Source: an uncultured virus (IMG/VR IMGVR_UViG_3300032268_000966)
Lineage: Duplodnaviria > Heunggongvirae > Uroviricota > Caudoviricetes
DNA: 64,000 bases
Virus record (IMG/VR): IMGVR_UViG_3300032268_000966
Reading direction: 5' to 3' (one strand)
Positions 1-10,253 of the stretch are shown here, one piece after another. The notes under the pieces were generated by a model. It saw only the letters and a list, made by a program, of their open reading frames with translations, had not been told where the DNA came from and made no database searches. Each line of letters starts with the position of its first letter. Positions within the stretch are counted from its first letter, which is position 1. Made by a program: the position numbers and the translations under genes.

Positions 1-1
1 A

Positions 2-247
2 AAATTCTTTGCACAGTTGTTTAACGACAACAACACAATCAACGAAAAATCTGTTGTAGGTTTTTTAGCTTTCGTTATGATGACAGGGTTTGCAATTGCA
101 GACATTGTTACAGGTTCATTAGGGAAAGACTTAGTAATCAATGAATTCATTTTTAATGCGTTCTTATGGTTAGTTTTAGGGTCTTTTGGAATCGGTTCCA
201 TTGACAAATGGATTAATAAAGGAAAAACAGACTCAACAGAAGAGTAA
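2..247 (+). CDS. small two-TM membrane protein (holin-like), 5'-truncated by window edge
   Basis: Frame is open from base 2; two hydrophobic segments; followed by a terminator. Confidence 0.55.
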   Translation, partial: KFFAQLFNDNNTINEKSVVGFLAFVMMTGFAIADIVTGSLGKDLVINEFIFNAFLWLVLGSFGIGSIDKWINKGKTDSTEE

Positions 248-254
248 ATTAACT

Positions 255-280
255 AACCCCCTCCAAAAGAGGGGGTTTTT
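255..280 (+). terminator. intrinsic terminator
   Basis: AACCCCCTC-caaaa-GAGGGGGTT plus T-tract. Confidence 0.85.
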
Positions 281-292
281 ATTTATTACAGG

Positions 293-300
293 TATTTATA
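293..300 (+). promoter_or_regulatory. TATTTATA putative phage late-promoter element (representative copy)
   Basis: Same motif begins 11-13 nt before the ATG of many genes on both strands. Confidence 0.7.
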
Positions 301-304
301 TATA

Positions 305-1342
305 ATGGATATTCGTACAAAAATAAAACAAGTTTTAAAAGAACAAAAAAATTCTAAAAAAGTTATGGTTGGGTGTGACTTTTTCCCACAACACACCAAT
401 GACTATAGATGGTGTAAATTTGCCGAAAACAAGTTAATGAGAAACACCAGAAAGGTAAAACAAGCCATGGATAACTATGTTAAAGAATATTTGTCTACAT
501 ATACTACAGGAATTAGAGCAGTTAAATATAATAAAGAACATGAGTTCTTTTCGGAGAGAAGAGAAATGGTTGTAAGTGCTCTAAATAAGTTTGTTAATTC
601 TTGTCCAAAACTTAGAAAATACATTATTGATAGAATGATTAAGTTCACTGAACAATATGTTATTTGGAATGAAGAACAACAATACGATTTATTAAATAAG
701 TTAAACACAAATTATACCGCAGCTGCATATATGATGACTTCAGAATTACCTGAACATTATAAAAGTAGTGTGTCATTTGAAAATGCTTTAGAATATTTCT
801 TTAACCATAAAAACAATAATGCGGTAACTCCATTCGAAGAGTTTATGGGTAGAATTGAAATAGATAATAAGAAAGAAATTAGAGAAAAGATTAATCAAAC
901 AATTGCCCAAAAAACAAAAGAAGGTTCATTAATAGAAGAAAAATTTTATGAATATATTTCAGAGCAGATTGGTTCTGAAAATGTTGTAGTATATGCTGGA
1001 GATTATTCATTTATGGATATGATTGGTATTGATATGTTAGTAAAAAATCCTGAAGGTATTTGGGTTCCAGTACAAGTTAAAAAATACGTTGGAGGTTGTG
1101 ATGATACAACTATCAAATATGCAAGACAACATATGTGCGAAAACTGGTGTGTTTCAAACGAAACTAAATATTTTAATATTAGAGTTTATGATGGGGAAAA
1201 AATGGTTAAATCCAAAAAACAATGTAAGACAATAGAATTGGACCAAACCACATTCTTAAATGTTCATGGTAATCCCAATCAATATAATCAACATGAATTC
1301 TGTTACTCTTCTGGCGAGCAAGAAGAGTTTGGAGAAGATTAA
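305..1342 (+). CDS. hypothetical protein with PD-(D/E)xK-like nuclease motif
   Basis: 345 aa; GIDMLVK...PVQVKK resembles a restriction-endonuclease-fold active site; N-terminal IKQVLKEQ leader. Confidence 0.5.
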   Translation: MDIRTKIKQVLKEQKNSKKVMVGCDFFPQHTNDYRWCKFAENKLMRNTRKVKQAMDNYVKEYLSTYTTGIRAVKYNKEHEFFSERREMVVSALNKFVNSCPKLRKYIIDRMIKFTEQYVIWNEEQQYDLLNKLNTNYTAAAYMMTSELPEHYKSSVSFENALEYFFNHKNNNAVTPFEEFMGRIEIDNKKEIREKINQTIAQKTKEGSLIEEKFYEYISEQIGSENVVVYAGDYSFMDMIGIDMLVKNPEGIWVPVQVKKYVGGCDDTTIKYARQHMCENWCVSNETKYFNIRVYDGEKMVKSKKQCKTIELDQTTFLNVHGNPNQYNQHEFCYSSGEQEEFGED

Positions 1343-1363
1343 AAATATACGTACCTTTGTTTT

Positions 1364-1606
1364 ATGGCAATACCCGTTAATTCAAAAACACCAGTAAAAC
1401 CTACCAAATGGGAGGTTGTATACGAAGATGATGAATGTATATCCATTTGGAGATATAATTCAAAAATAACTACTGCAGGACCTGTAGAAGTTGAACAGAA
1501 ATATAAGAGAGGTTATGTTCATCCGTTAGATAAGAAAAAGAACACTTTGGGTGAATTGGCGAAACAGGCTCGAAAAGAATCTAAATTAAATAATTCTAAG
1601 TCTTGA
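1364..1606 (+). CDS. hypothetical protein
   Basis: 80 aa ORF preceded by TACCTTTG (-7 element). Confidence 0.7.
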   Translation: MAIPVNSKTPVKPTKWEVVYEDDECISIWRYNSKITTAGPVEVEQKYKRGYVHPLDKKKNTLGELAKQARKESKLNNSKS

Positions 1607-2242
1607 TTCAATAATAGACTTTAATTTAATTAAAGTTTTTTTGTCTAAACATTTAATAACATCCGATGTATTTTCAATTACAAGTCTATCTAAAATAGAT
1701 TCAGTTTTAATTTCAGTTTCATCAATTTCAGATACATCACCAAACTCATAATCGTTTTCTTCGTAATTTTCATATTCTGTTGGATGAACATCTTTACTAT
1801 CCCACATATCCCAATTACCGTCATCTCTTTGTTGTGATGCGGAATCTCTTACCCAATCCTTGTCATAACAATCGAACTCTTGAGACTTGTATTCAGTATA
1901 AGTACAGGTGCCATTTGTTTCAAAATGTAAATCGTAACTCTTTGCAACAGGTATTTCTAATTGTTCAATCAATTCCCTGTTTTTCATTTCTTTCTTATTA
2001 TTTGCAAAAAGTTCAGCAATTATATCAGGATTAATTTCTAAGAATTTTGCAAAAAATTCAACATCCTCTTGAGTCGGCTCAATATTAAAATATCTTGAAA
2101 CTTCTTTCAAAGTCCCAAATACCTCATCAAAATTATAATCATAAGGATTTCCAATAGGAAAATCCTCATCAACTAATCTCTCAGCGATAAATACTAATTG
2201 TTTTTTTGGTAATCTTGAAAATTGACTTTGAGATGCTCCCAT
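1586..2242 (-). CDS. acidic hypothetical protein
   Basis: Start moved to ATG 2242 (MGASQ), 11 nt from a TATTTAT motif; the longer ORF start crosses a terminator hairpin. Confidence 0.7.
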   Translation of the reverse strand: MGASQSQFSRLPKKQLVFIAERLVDEDFPIGNPYDYNFDEVFGTLKEVSRYFNIEPTQEDVEFFAKFLEINPDIIAELFANNKKEMKNRELIEQLEIPVAKSYDLHFETNGTCTYTEYKSQEFDCYDKDWVRDSASQQRDDGNWDMWDSKDVHPTEYENYEENDYEFGDVSEIDETEIKTESILDRLVIENTSDVIKCLDKKTLIKLKSIIESRLRII

Positions 2243-2282
2243 ATTAATAAATACCAAAAAAGGTGGATTTCTCCACCTTTTA

Positions 2283-2687
2283 TTAAACTGTATGTTCAAT
2301 TTGTACTCTTATACAATTTTGAGGTAATCGATTAACGTGTCGATAGTTGTTAATGTATCCCATCATGTTAGCACTTCCAATTGCATTTGCGGAATGAACT
2401 ACTACATCTACCACAGGTTTTCCATCTAACCATTGTTCGACTAACCACTTGGTGCAATCCATTCCTGTTTTTTCTAAAATGTTATCGTAGTTTAAGGTAT
2501 AGTTGTGATAAACATTTTTATGCCATTCAGACATTGCAGTGTCCCCCAAGTCATGGTCCAAAGAAATTAACTCAATGTTTTCCAATCCAATGTCTTGAAT
2601 TTTAGATACAAATTGTTCGTAATCTCTTACGATAATCCAATCTTTATCCACAGGAGTTCTTACATCATCTAAATAAATTTTAATCAT
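2283..2687 (-). CDS. cyclic-phosphate-processing receiver-domain protein
   Basis: IYLDDVR, ISLDHDLG, TGMDCTKWL and VHSAN motifs. Confidence 0.75.
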   Translation of the reverse strand: MIKIYLDDVRTPVDKDWIIVRDYEQFVSKIQDIGLENIELISLDHDLGDTAMSEWHKNVYHNYTLNYDNILEKTGMDCTKWLVEQWLDGKPVVDVVVHSANAIGSANMMGYINNYRHVNRLPQNCIRVQIEHTV

Positions 2688-2892
2688 TTTTCTTTATTTT
2701 TTTATAAGATTCATTACCTACAATTTGATATGCTTCAGCTAAAGACATTACCGCACTATCAATAAGTTTTTTAGCCTTTTTTATTTTTTTTGTTAATGGA
2801 TGACTTACTAAGTGGTCATCTATCATACATGTTTGTACATGTAATCTATCCATTAATTCTAAATAATGGCCATCGTTTATCTTATTTTTCAT
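2680..2892 (-). CDS. hypothetical protein
   Basis: 70 aa, overlaps both neighbours. Confidence 0.65.
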   Translation of the reverse strand: MKNKINDGHYLELMDRLHVQTCMIDDHLVSHPLTKKIKKAKKLIDSAVMSLAEAYQIVGNESYKKIKKND

Positions 2893-3563
2893 GGGTAATT
2901 AATTTCTTTTGTTTCAATATCAAAATCTATAACAATTGGTTTGTTTGCATAATCATATCTTTCATCAAGAACAGACGCATTTAAAAATTCAACACCATTA
3001 AAAGTTTTTTGACCGTAAGCACAATGGATATGTCCACAAACATGAATTTTTGGTTGAACCTCCATAATTCTGTGAAACAAATCTTCACAACCAACTCTTT
3101 GTCCTGACATAGTCCAATCTAACATTCCGTGAGCAGGCCCGTGAGTGATTAAGATATCGGTATTACCAGGGATTTTTGCCCACTTCTCAGCGAGTTTTTC
3201 TCCTCTTGGTAGGTTGAATGCCCAATCGTAGAATTCAGGTTGCCAAGGACTACCGTAGAACTTCACACCATCAATTACAACCTCACTATCAAAAAGATAG
3301 ATGATACCTTTTTCTTTGAATTCTTCTGCAATGTCAGTGCGCATTTCAAAACCAAAATCGTGGTTACCTGCGATGAAGATTTTATGTTTAAAATCGGTCA
3401 TAGCAAACCAGTTCAAGAAGTTTGTGATTTCATGGCTCTTACCCATACTTGTACAATCACCAGCGTGAACAAGAACATCACCACTACCCAATATATTTCC
3501 CATCCCCTTACTTGTAAGGTGGTTGTGTTTGTTGTGAGTGTCGCTGATGAATGTTATTTTCAT
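2889..3563 (-). CDS. calcineurin-like metallophosphoesterase
   Basis: SDTH, HAGD, AGNHD, THGP and GHIH motifs. Confidence 0.9.
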   Translation of the reverse strand: MKITFISDTHNKHNHLTSKGMGNILGSGDVLVHAGDCTSMGKSHEITNFLNWFAMTDFKHKIFIAGNHDFGFEMRTDIAEEFKEKGIIYLFDSEVVIDGVKFYGSPWQPEFYDWAFNLPRGEKLAEKWAKIPGNTDILITHGPAHGMLDWTMSGQRVGCEDLFHRIMEVQPKIHVCGHIHCAYGQKTFNGVEFLNASVLDERYDYANKPIVIDFDIETKEINYP

Positions 3564-3715
3564 AATATATTGTCTTTATCGTCTTCTTCAAATTTTCCAA
3601 ATAAGTCATCCCCTTTATAGTCAGGATGATTTTCTTTCATGTAGTCAATTCCTCGAACCCAAAGATACGAAATAATTCCGACTACAATAACCATTAATAG
3701 ATAAACTTTCCACAT
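3560..3715 (-). CDS. small membrane protein (51 aa, not in ORF track)
   Basis: MWKVYLLMVIVVGIISYLWVRG...; stop overlaps next start (ATGA). Confidence 0.65.
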   Translation of the reverse strand: MWKVYLLMVIVVGIISYLWVRGIDYMKENHPDYKGDDLFGKFEEDDKDNIL

Positions 3716-3730
3716 AATTTTTAAATTTTA

Positions 3731-4366
3731 TTAATCCCACCAACGTTCAATATTTTCTTCCATTAACTTGAATAGTAACTTTCTTGCTCTGTCATGATTA
3801 ATATGAGAGATATTCATTGCAATAACTTGTTTATCATCTTCACGACCTTTTCTTTTAAACATACCTTCTCCATTTAGGACTCTCTTGTAAATTAGAGGGT
3901 ACTTCTTAAAATAATCGTCAAAGTTTTCTTCTAAAAGTCTAGACTCCCATGAACTAACTCCTGGTTTATCTTCAATATCTTCAAACCAATGTTTTGTTTT
4001 GTGATAGTCAGAATATTCAGAACTATAGGTATCTTCTTGAACAAGTTTCATTAATCTGACACATGTCATCATAATTTCAGCATCTCTTTCAGCTCTCATA
4101 TGAAAACCCCTACTTCCAATATATTTTGATTGAGCTTTAAGTTTATGAATCATAATCTCAAAGATAAAGTTAGAATCCCAATTTCGGTCTTTCCAAATAA
4201 TAGGTAACCAATACCAAATATTTTTTATCCCAGTCCAAACTTGTTTATGCAGATACCTACCTTCATGATTCCACCATAATGGAATAAATTCTAATTTTCT
4301 TACAATCCATGGGGATTTAAGTCTGTCCTCATCCCATTCGTCAAATATGTCTTTCTCTGGTTCCAT
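3731..4366 (-). CDS. hypothetical phage protein (Trp-rich)
   Basis: 211 aa; TATATTTG -7 element upstream. Confidence 0.7.
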   Translation of the reverse strand: MEPEKDIFDEWDEDRLKSPWIVRKLEFIPLWWNHEGRYLHKQVWTGIKNIWYWLPIIWKDRNWDSNFIFEIMIHKLKAQSKYIGSRGFHMRAERDAEIMMTCVRLMKLVQEDTYSSEYSDYHKTKHWFEDIEDKPGVSSWESRLLEENFDDYFKKYPLIYKRVLNGEGMFKRKGREDDKQVIAMNISHINHDRARKLLFKLMEENIERWWD

Positions 4367-4517
4367 TTTTCTAAATATTTCTACAAATATAATAAAAAAA
4401 TAAGACCCGACAAAATAAATTTCGCGGGTCTTTTGGAAAAGGGATATATGAGAACACTCCTTGTGGAGCGATGTGTACCAATAAATATGGTATTAACTTA
4501 AAAAAGTCAAGTTTGCA

Positions 4518-4937
4518 CTACTCTGGAAAGTGTTTTTTTACTCTATCTAATAATTTTTCATCAAATTTAATTCCATGTCTCTCTTTAAAATGTTTTAATA
4601 AAGGTTTTATTGCCTTTATGTTATTATTTCGGGATAGTAATAAGTAAGCACCTAAGTCAGCATCTAATTCTTCATCTTCATCTCTTGGTCCCTCATGATT
4701 TAAAATAACATGTGCAATTTCATGAGCTTCTATGAATTTTAATAAATCCTCGGTATTTCCATTTTCTAAAAGAATTTCACCATCAATTAAAATCATATTT
4801 TTATTTGGAATCATAAACCCGTAACCATATTCTTCAAATAATGGTATAAGATGTTCATACTGTGGGTCATCTGAAAAAACAACAAAGATGGTTATACTTG
4901 GTAAAAATTCACTATTATAGGATATATGGTCTGACAT
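4518..4937 (-). CDS. zincin-like metallopeptidase
   Basis: HEIAH followed by ELDAD. Confidence 0.7.
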   Translation of the reverse strand: MSDHISYNSEFLPSITIFVVFSDDPQYEHLIPLFEEYGYGFMIPNKNMILIDGEILLENGNTEDLLKFIEAHEIAHVILNHEGPRDEDEELDADLGAYLLLSRNNNIKAIKPLLKHFKERHGIKFDEKLLDRVKKHFPE

Positions 4938-5145
4938 GTATGTTTTTATTTTTAAATAAACCCCAAAAATTATTTTTTAATTTTATGATTAATTTTTTTT
5001 CTTTTGAATTAGAATATTTTTTTTCCCACAAATAAAAGCACTTCAATGTACAGTCCATATGACTTTCGTCTCTTGAAGATTCTAATACTCTTAAAACCCA
5101 CTCAAAATCATAAATTACATTTGCAATACTCGCTTTTATTACCAT
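4915..5145 (-). CDS. hypothetical protein
   Basis: 76 aa ORF in a co-oriented run. Confidence 0.55.
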   Translation of the reverse strand: MVIKASIANVIYDFEWVLRVLESSRDESHMDCTLKCFYLWEKKYSNSKEKKLIIKLKNNFWGLFKNKNIHVRPYIL

Positions 5146-5188
5146 AATTTCCTTTTCAAAAATAGTATTAATTCTATTAATAACAAAA

Positions 5189-6040
5189 TTATGATAGTAA
5201 ATGATAGTATTCTTGGAAGTGTTTAATTCTATCAGGTAAGCCTATAGTTCCACCATTAACTCTTTTAGTTACAGCAGTTACTGTTGCGACATCAGCTCCT
5301 TTATCACAAATAGACCAAAGTTTGTTCGAATCAAAGAAAAATGCTGCTGAAGCCAATGGATATTTTGTTGCAACTAAATCAGGATTAGCGACTGTATCTT
5401 CACCGATAAATTTAGCAAAGTTTGTATAATTGTCTTTTCCAGTTAATTGAATATATCCTCTGCCACGAAATTTGTAACCTTCTCCTGTTGACTCAGGTCC
5501 GTTACCCATTCTTCCACCATAAACTTTACTAGCAATCTTTTGAGGATTTTTAGCGTAAGGACCTGCAGCAGCTTCATTAATAAAATATTTTCTGAAAGTT
5601 CCTGCTAACCCTTTTGCGGAATAATTTAAATTCTCTTGGGTTGCCTTAAATCCACCACTTTCATGACCACATTGTGCCAAGAAGTGAGCTAATCTAAGTG
5701 AGTTAGTTATGTTGAATTTTTTTGCTGTTTCAGGAATTTGTGCAATTACTGAATCGGGAATATGACCCTTTAACTTTTCTAATTTAAAACCACTATTAGA
5801 TGGAATAGATGTTGATACTACAGGAGCAACAGGTGCAGGTTCTGTAATAACTTGTTGAGTTGGGAACATTTTACTCCACGTACCTTCACCGACAAGTCCG
5901 TCAGCCGCTAAGTCGTGGTCTATTTGCCATTTTTTAACGGCTTTTTCTGTTCCAGGCCCAAAAACGCCATCAGCGCCAAGACCCAATTTTTCTTGGAGTT
6001 TTTTTACGTCTTCTCCTTTAGACCCAATTTTTAATAGCAT
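5189..6040 (-). CDS. endolysin: peptidoglycan-binding domain plus GH19 catalytic domain
   Basis: DGVFGPGTEKAVKKWQ PG-binding motif; FLAQCGHESGGF, FRGRGYIQLTG and VTKRVNGG GH19 motifs. Confidence 0.93.
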   Translation of the reverse strand: MLLKIGSKGEDVKKLQEKLGLGADGVFGPGTEKAVKKWQIDHDLAADGLVGEGTWSKMFPTQQVITEPAPVAPVVSTSIPSNSGFKLEKLKGHIPDSVIAQIPETAKKFNITNSLRLAHFLAQCGHESGGFKATQENLNYSAKGLAGTFRKYFINEAAAGPYAKNPQKIASKVYGGRMGNGPESTGEGYKFRGRGYIQLTGKDNYTNFAKFIGEDTVANPDLVATKYPLASAAFFFDSNKLWSICDKGADVATVTAVTKRVNGGTIGLPDRIKHFQEYYHLLS

Positions 6041-6095
6041 AGTAATTTACGTTTATTACTATAAATACTTTTTAATTAAAAGATTTCTTAATTTA

Positions 6096-7199
6096 TTATG
6101 ATTTTGGTCTTAAAACTGCTAATGCTTCAGGGTAAGATTTGTCTAAAACCTTCTCGTCTTTACCTTTATAAGGTATATTTTGTAGAATATATCTAATTGC
6201 ATTTAAACCTGAAACTCTTTTATCTTCTGCGTCAACAATAACCCATGGGTGATTAACTGTGGACGTTTTATCGAATAGTTTTTCTTTAAATTCTGTAAAT
6301 CTATCCCATAAATCTTGCATTTTAGAATCGTTTGGCGAATATTTCCAATATTTTAATGGAGATTGTTGTCTAATATCAAATCTTCTTTTTTGTGTTCCTT
6401 TGTCAATTGAAAACCATAATTTAAAAAGGTAATCTCCTTCTTTAACCAAATCCATTTCAAATCCTTCTACATTCTTCATAAAATCTTCATATTCTTCAGG
6501 ACTACCATACCCCATCACTGGCTCAACTAAACCTCTATTATACCAACTTCTATCAAATAGATTAATCATTCCTGGTTTAATTTCTTTTTTATATCTGTTC
6601 CACCAATCTTTTCTATCTTCAGGAGTTGGGACTCCCAATGCAATAATATTGTAATATCTTGGATTAAGGTTTTCGGTAAATTTTTTAATTGTACTTCCTT
6701 TACCAGCAGAATCTCTACCTTCAAACACAATAATTACAGTTCTATTTGATTCCTTCAACCATTCTTGCATTTTTAATAGCTCTACTTGTAATTCAAATAT
6801 TTCTTTTCTATATACCTTTTTAGGTACAATCGATGGCTCCTCAACTTCAAATCCGTAGTCATCATCCGAGTCAGGGCCATAACCTGTTTTATCTCTTAAT
6901 TTTAATGATGAAATAATTTTGTTAAAATACTCTTCAACGTTTTTCTTTTTATCTCCTTTTTTAAGTAATACTGTTTTAAGGCCTCTTTCTAGTAAATGAA
7001 AATCGATAATTTGAGATGTCCCCATGTTTGTGATTTCTACCAACATTTTTTCAATATTTTTAGAATATAATCTAAGATATTTTAATACTTCCACAGCTTT
7101 TTTCAAATTAACATTCATTTGTTCATTTGAATCTTCCTGTTCTGAAACTATTTTCATTACCGACAATATTCTATCTAATTCTTCATTAAGGACTGACAT
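6096..7199 (-). CDS. ppk2: polyphosphate kinase 2 with ~115-aa N-terminal extension
   Basis: FEGRDSAGKG Walker A, FDRSWYNR, KYWKYSPND and PWVIV motifs. Confidence 0.93.
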   Translation of the reverse strand: MSVLNEELDRILSVMKIVSEQEDSNEQMNVNLKKAVEVLKYLRLYSKNIEKMLVEITNMGTSQIIDFHLLERGLKTVLLKKGDKKKNVEEYFNKIISSLKLRDKTGYGPDSDDDYGFEVEEPSIVPKKVYRKEIFELQVELLKMQEWLKESNRTVIIVFEGRDSAGKGSTIKKFTENLNPRYYNIIALGVPTPEDRKDWWNRYKKEIKPGMINLFDRSWYNRGLVEPVMGYGSPEEYEDFMKNVEGFEMDLVKEGDYLFKLWFSIDKGTQKRRFDIRQQSPLKYWKYSPNDSKMQDLWDRFTEFKEKLFDKTSTVNHPWVIVDAEDKRVSGLNAIRYILQNIPYKGKDEKVLDKSYPEALAVLRPKS

Positions 7200-7264
7200 A
7201 ATTTTAAATCTTTAGTAATAAATAGGCAGTTTGATTGTATTTATCTATACCAAGATACTATAAA

Positions 7265-7759
7265 ATGAATAAGCTATTACTTATCATTGCCTGCGGCATA
7301 TTAACCACACTTCCGCACAATGAGATAAAACAATCCAAAGAAATATGGATTGAATCTGTAACCAACAAGATTCAAGTTGGGAACCTTGCAGGTAATCGTA
7401 ATCTAGAATTCGGAGTTAAAAACGTTGTTGAAGAATTTCTACAAGAAAAAGATTTTGAACTTAATCCAGAATCAAAGGATAAAGTTGCAATTGACATCGT
7501 TTATTTAGATGTTCTAAAAACCAAATCAAACATTTCCGTTTTTCACAAAAACGCAGAATCCGTTGTAATCCGACTTAAAGGTACATTAAAACACGACGGA
7601 AAAAAAATCAAAGAAGTTATTGTTGAAGAGGAATCTTCAGAAATATCAATGTCAACATTGGCAATTGATAATGGTGGTAATTTTAACCAGCAATCATTAA
7701 GTAACGCGTTAAAAAAATCTAGTAACAAATTGGTTAATAAATTATTTGAAATAAAATAA
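7265..7759 (+). CDS. secreted envelope protein (LptE/CsgG-like alpha/beta fold suspected)
   Basis: Signal peptide; strand/helix pattern resembles 11567..12283. Confidence 0.5.
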   Translation: MNKLLLIIACGILTTLPHNEIKQSKEIWIESVTNKIQVGNLAGNRNLEFGVKNVVEEFLQEKDFELNPESKDKVAIDIVYLDVLKTKSNISVFHKNAESVVIRLKGTLKHDGKKIKEVIVEEESSEISMSTLAIDNGGNFNQQSLSNALKKSSNKLVNKLFEIK

Positions 7760-7760
7760 A

Positions 7761-9872
7761 ATGAAAAAACTTTTAACAATAGGACTTTTACTATTGTCCT
7801 TAACATCATTTAGTCAAATTAAATTTAAGTTCCCTGACACAAGAGTTCTTACCGATATTAACGGTGGAGTTATTAATAGAGGAGACCAATTTGATGTTAT
7901 AGTCCATGCCAATGGTAATGGTGACGCAGTTACAAGACAGTTAATGTTTGATTTCCAATATGACCAAACAAACTTTGAGGTAGTTTCAGTTAATCACACT
8001 GGTACAGGAGGTAACGGAGGGGTTTTCCCACAAGGTTCAAACATACAGTTATCATGGCAAAATTATCCTGGATATGGTTATGCTGGAAATACAACGAATA
8101 CTAACGGTACTGTAAGATATACATCAGGTTTATCGTACACATATAATTTAACAAGTTCTAATGCACTTCTAAGGGCTACTTTAACTTGGGCAACAGCTTT
8201 GGCAATGCCTTTTACTTCTTACTCTCAAATGTTAGTTGTAAGACTTAGATTAAAAGCGGCATCCACCGCAAATTCATTTAATCCTGTTAAATTAAACTTT
8301 GTTGCAGGATGGAATGGACAAGGTGTTGGAGTTCCAACATTTATGGATACACCATTATCAACTGAAGTTATTATAGACCAAAACACAGGTAAACTTGTAA
8401 CTGCTAAAGTTGATGTTAGTTCTAATTTACTTGCACTATCAGATGTTAAAGTTTCTTTTAGAGATACGATTAGTAATGTAAGTCAATCATTTAACGTACT
8501 ATCTAATGGTAATGTTGATATTACTCAATCATTATTATCTGAAAACAAAGTTTATGAAGTGACTGTAATGCACAACACGGACAAAACAAATGCAATTTAT
8601 AACGGAGCAATTACAATATCAGATTTTACAACCGCACAAGGGGAATTTACATCAATGGGATTAGATGGTAGTAACGGTCAGATATTAAAAACAGGTCAAT
8701 CTTTATACACAGCAGATATTAATAGAAATAAAATTATTGATGGAGGAGACCTACCAAGATTATTAGGTCAAGTGGTTGGATTAGATACACTTGTAACTGT
8801 TCCTTCAGGATACGTTATTGGTAGTAATCAGTACACAAGTTTACCAACTTGGAGGTCAACAGATGCAACTACAATTGGTGGACAAGTTGAATGGTGTGTT
8901 GTTAATATAAACTCTTATAGTCAAAATATTTCAAAAATTAGTATTGATTTAAGAGAGTTTAACGGAACTAATATTTTACCTGAAAACATTAAAAGTTTAC
9001 AATTATTTGACTTATATACAGGCCCTATTGAGTTTGATAGTAAAGATGGTACATGGGCTTATTATAAAATACCTTCAGCGATTTCAAATATATCATTAAC
9101 AACATTTGCTCCTTATGTTAGAAATATGGGTAATAATGAGTATGGGGTTAAAGCTGAGTTTGAATTTAATAACTCTCCAAGTAATTCATGGGGCTCAATA
9201 ACAACAACAAACTGGAAAGATATTACATACCCTAAAACATATCTTAAAACAGATGTATTAGGAACAAATAAAATTGTTGATTTAAAATACCTTTTATGGG
9301 GTGATGTAAATCGTTCACATTCTTCACAAGTTGTAACTAGTTCAAATGGTACAAGTACGGTTCAAACAAATGCTGTGAATAGTTTAATGACTAATATGGC
9401 GTTTAGAACTATGGCGATACAATCAACATCGTTTATTAATACACCAAATGAAATTTTATCAATCGATGTTAATCTATCTAATGTAACAGTAACGTCAAAT
9501 AATGTTGAAATACCCGTAACACTTAATACAAATGGAAATAGTGTTGGTGGATTACAATTTGAATTTAATTACGACAACTCTAAAATCAAATTTGAAGAAT
9601 TAAAATCAGAGGTTCCAAACTCTTGGTACATCTTTGTCAATTCAAAAGAAGGTAAAGTTAAATTCGGAGCGATTGACCAAAATAATAAAATCTCAATTAA
9701 GGGAAATTTAACACCATTCAAATTAAGATTTTCAACAATAGGAAGTGGTGTTGATATTTTAACATCTGTTAAAGTTTCTCCAACAATGGATGCAAGTAGT
9801 TCCAATGGAACTCAATTAGGTATTAACTTGAATACTACACAAATAAAATTAACAGGATATAAAAATTTTTAA
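7761..9872 (+). CDS. large secreted protein with cohesin-like domains and a dockerin-like repeat
   Basis: Signal peptide; LMFDFQYD and GLQFEFNYD cohesin-like strands; ADINRNKIIDGGD and GDVN dockerin-like motifs. Confidence 0.65.
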   Translation: MKKLLTIGLLLLSLTSFSQIKFKFPDTRVLTDINGGVINRGDQFDVIVHANGNGDAVTRQLMFDFQYDQTNFEVVSVNHTGTGGNGGVFPQGSNIQLSWQNYPGYGYAGNTTNTNGTVRYTSGLSYTYNLTSSNALLRATLTWATALAMPFTSYSQMLVVRLRLKAASTANSFNPVKLNFVAGWNGQGVGVPTFMDTPLSTEVIIDQNTGKLVTAKVDVSSNLLALSDVKVSFRDTISNVSQSFNVLSNGNVDITQSLLSENKVYEVTVMHNTDKTNAIYNGAITISDFTTAQGEFTSMGLDGSNGQILKTGQSLYTADINRNKIIDGGDLPRLLGQVVGLDTLVTVPSGYVIGSNQYTSLPTWRSTDATTIGGQVEWCVVNINSYSQNISKISIDLREFNGTNILPENIKSLQLFDLYTGPIEFDSKDGTWAYYKIPSAISNISLTTFAPYVRNMGNNEYGVKAEFEFNNSPSNSWGSITTTNWKDITYPKTYLKTDVLGTNKIVDLKYLLWGDVNRSHSSQVVTSSNGTSTVQTNAVNSLMTNMAFRTMAIQSTSFINTPNEILSIDVNLSNVTVTSNNVEIPVTLNTNGNSVGGLQFEFNYDNSKIKFEELKSEVPNSWYIFVNSKEGKVKFGAIDQNNKISIKGNLTPFKLRFSTIGSGVDILTSVKVSPTMDASSSNGTQLGINLNTTQIKLTGYKNF

Positions 9873-9873
9873 A

Positions 9874-10230
9874 ATGAAAAAAACAATTATCGCATTAGTC
9901 TTAATCGTATTAGCGGGTTGTACAAAAATAGAATTACCTGAACCTGTAATAGTTGACTTAGGAGTTAAGTCAACGTCAACGGCAATTAAATCAATAAATC
10001 AAACTAATAACATTGTAACGGCAGTTTTTGAAACAACTGTTGGTTCAAAATATTCGGTACAAATCGTTCCTTTTGGAAGTGAAGAACCAGTTAAAAAAGA
10101 TGGGTTCACGGCTAATGAATTGACAACTCAAAAAACTTACGACTTGTCAGGATTACCTAAAAAAGACTACGATTTTATCTTCATCGACATTAATGGTAAA
10201 GAGGCGAAGTACCCAATCGTAATAAAATAA
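9874..10230 (+). CDS. lipoprotein, Ig-like
   Basis: LAGC lipobox. Confidence 0.75.
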   Translation: MKKTIIALVLIVLAGCTKIELPEPVIVDLGVKSTSTAIKSINQTNNIVTAVFETTVGSKYSVQIVPFGSEEPVKKDGFTANELTTQKTYDLSGLPKKDYDFIFIDINGKEAKYPIVIK

Positions 10231-10253
10231 ACTAAAAATAAAAAACAAATTTT

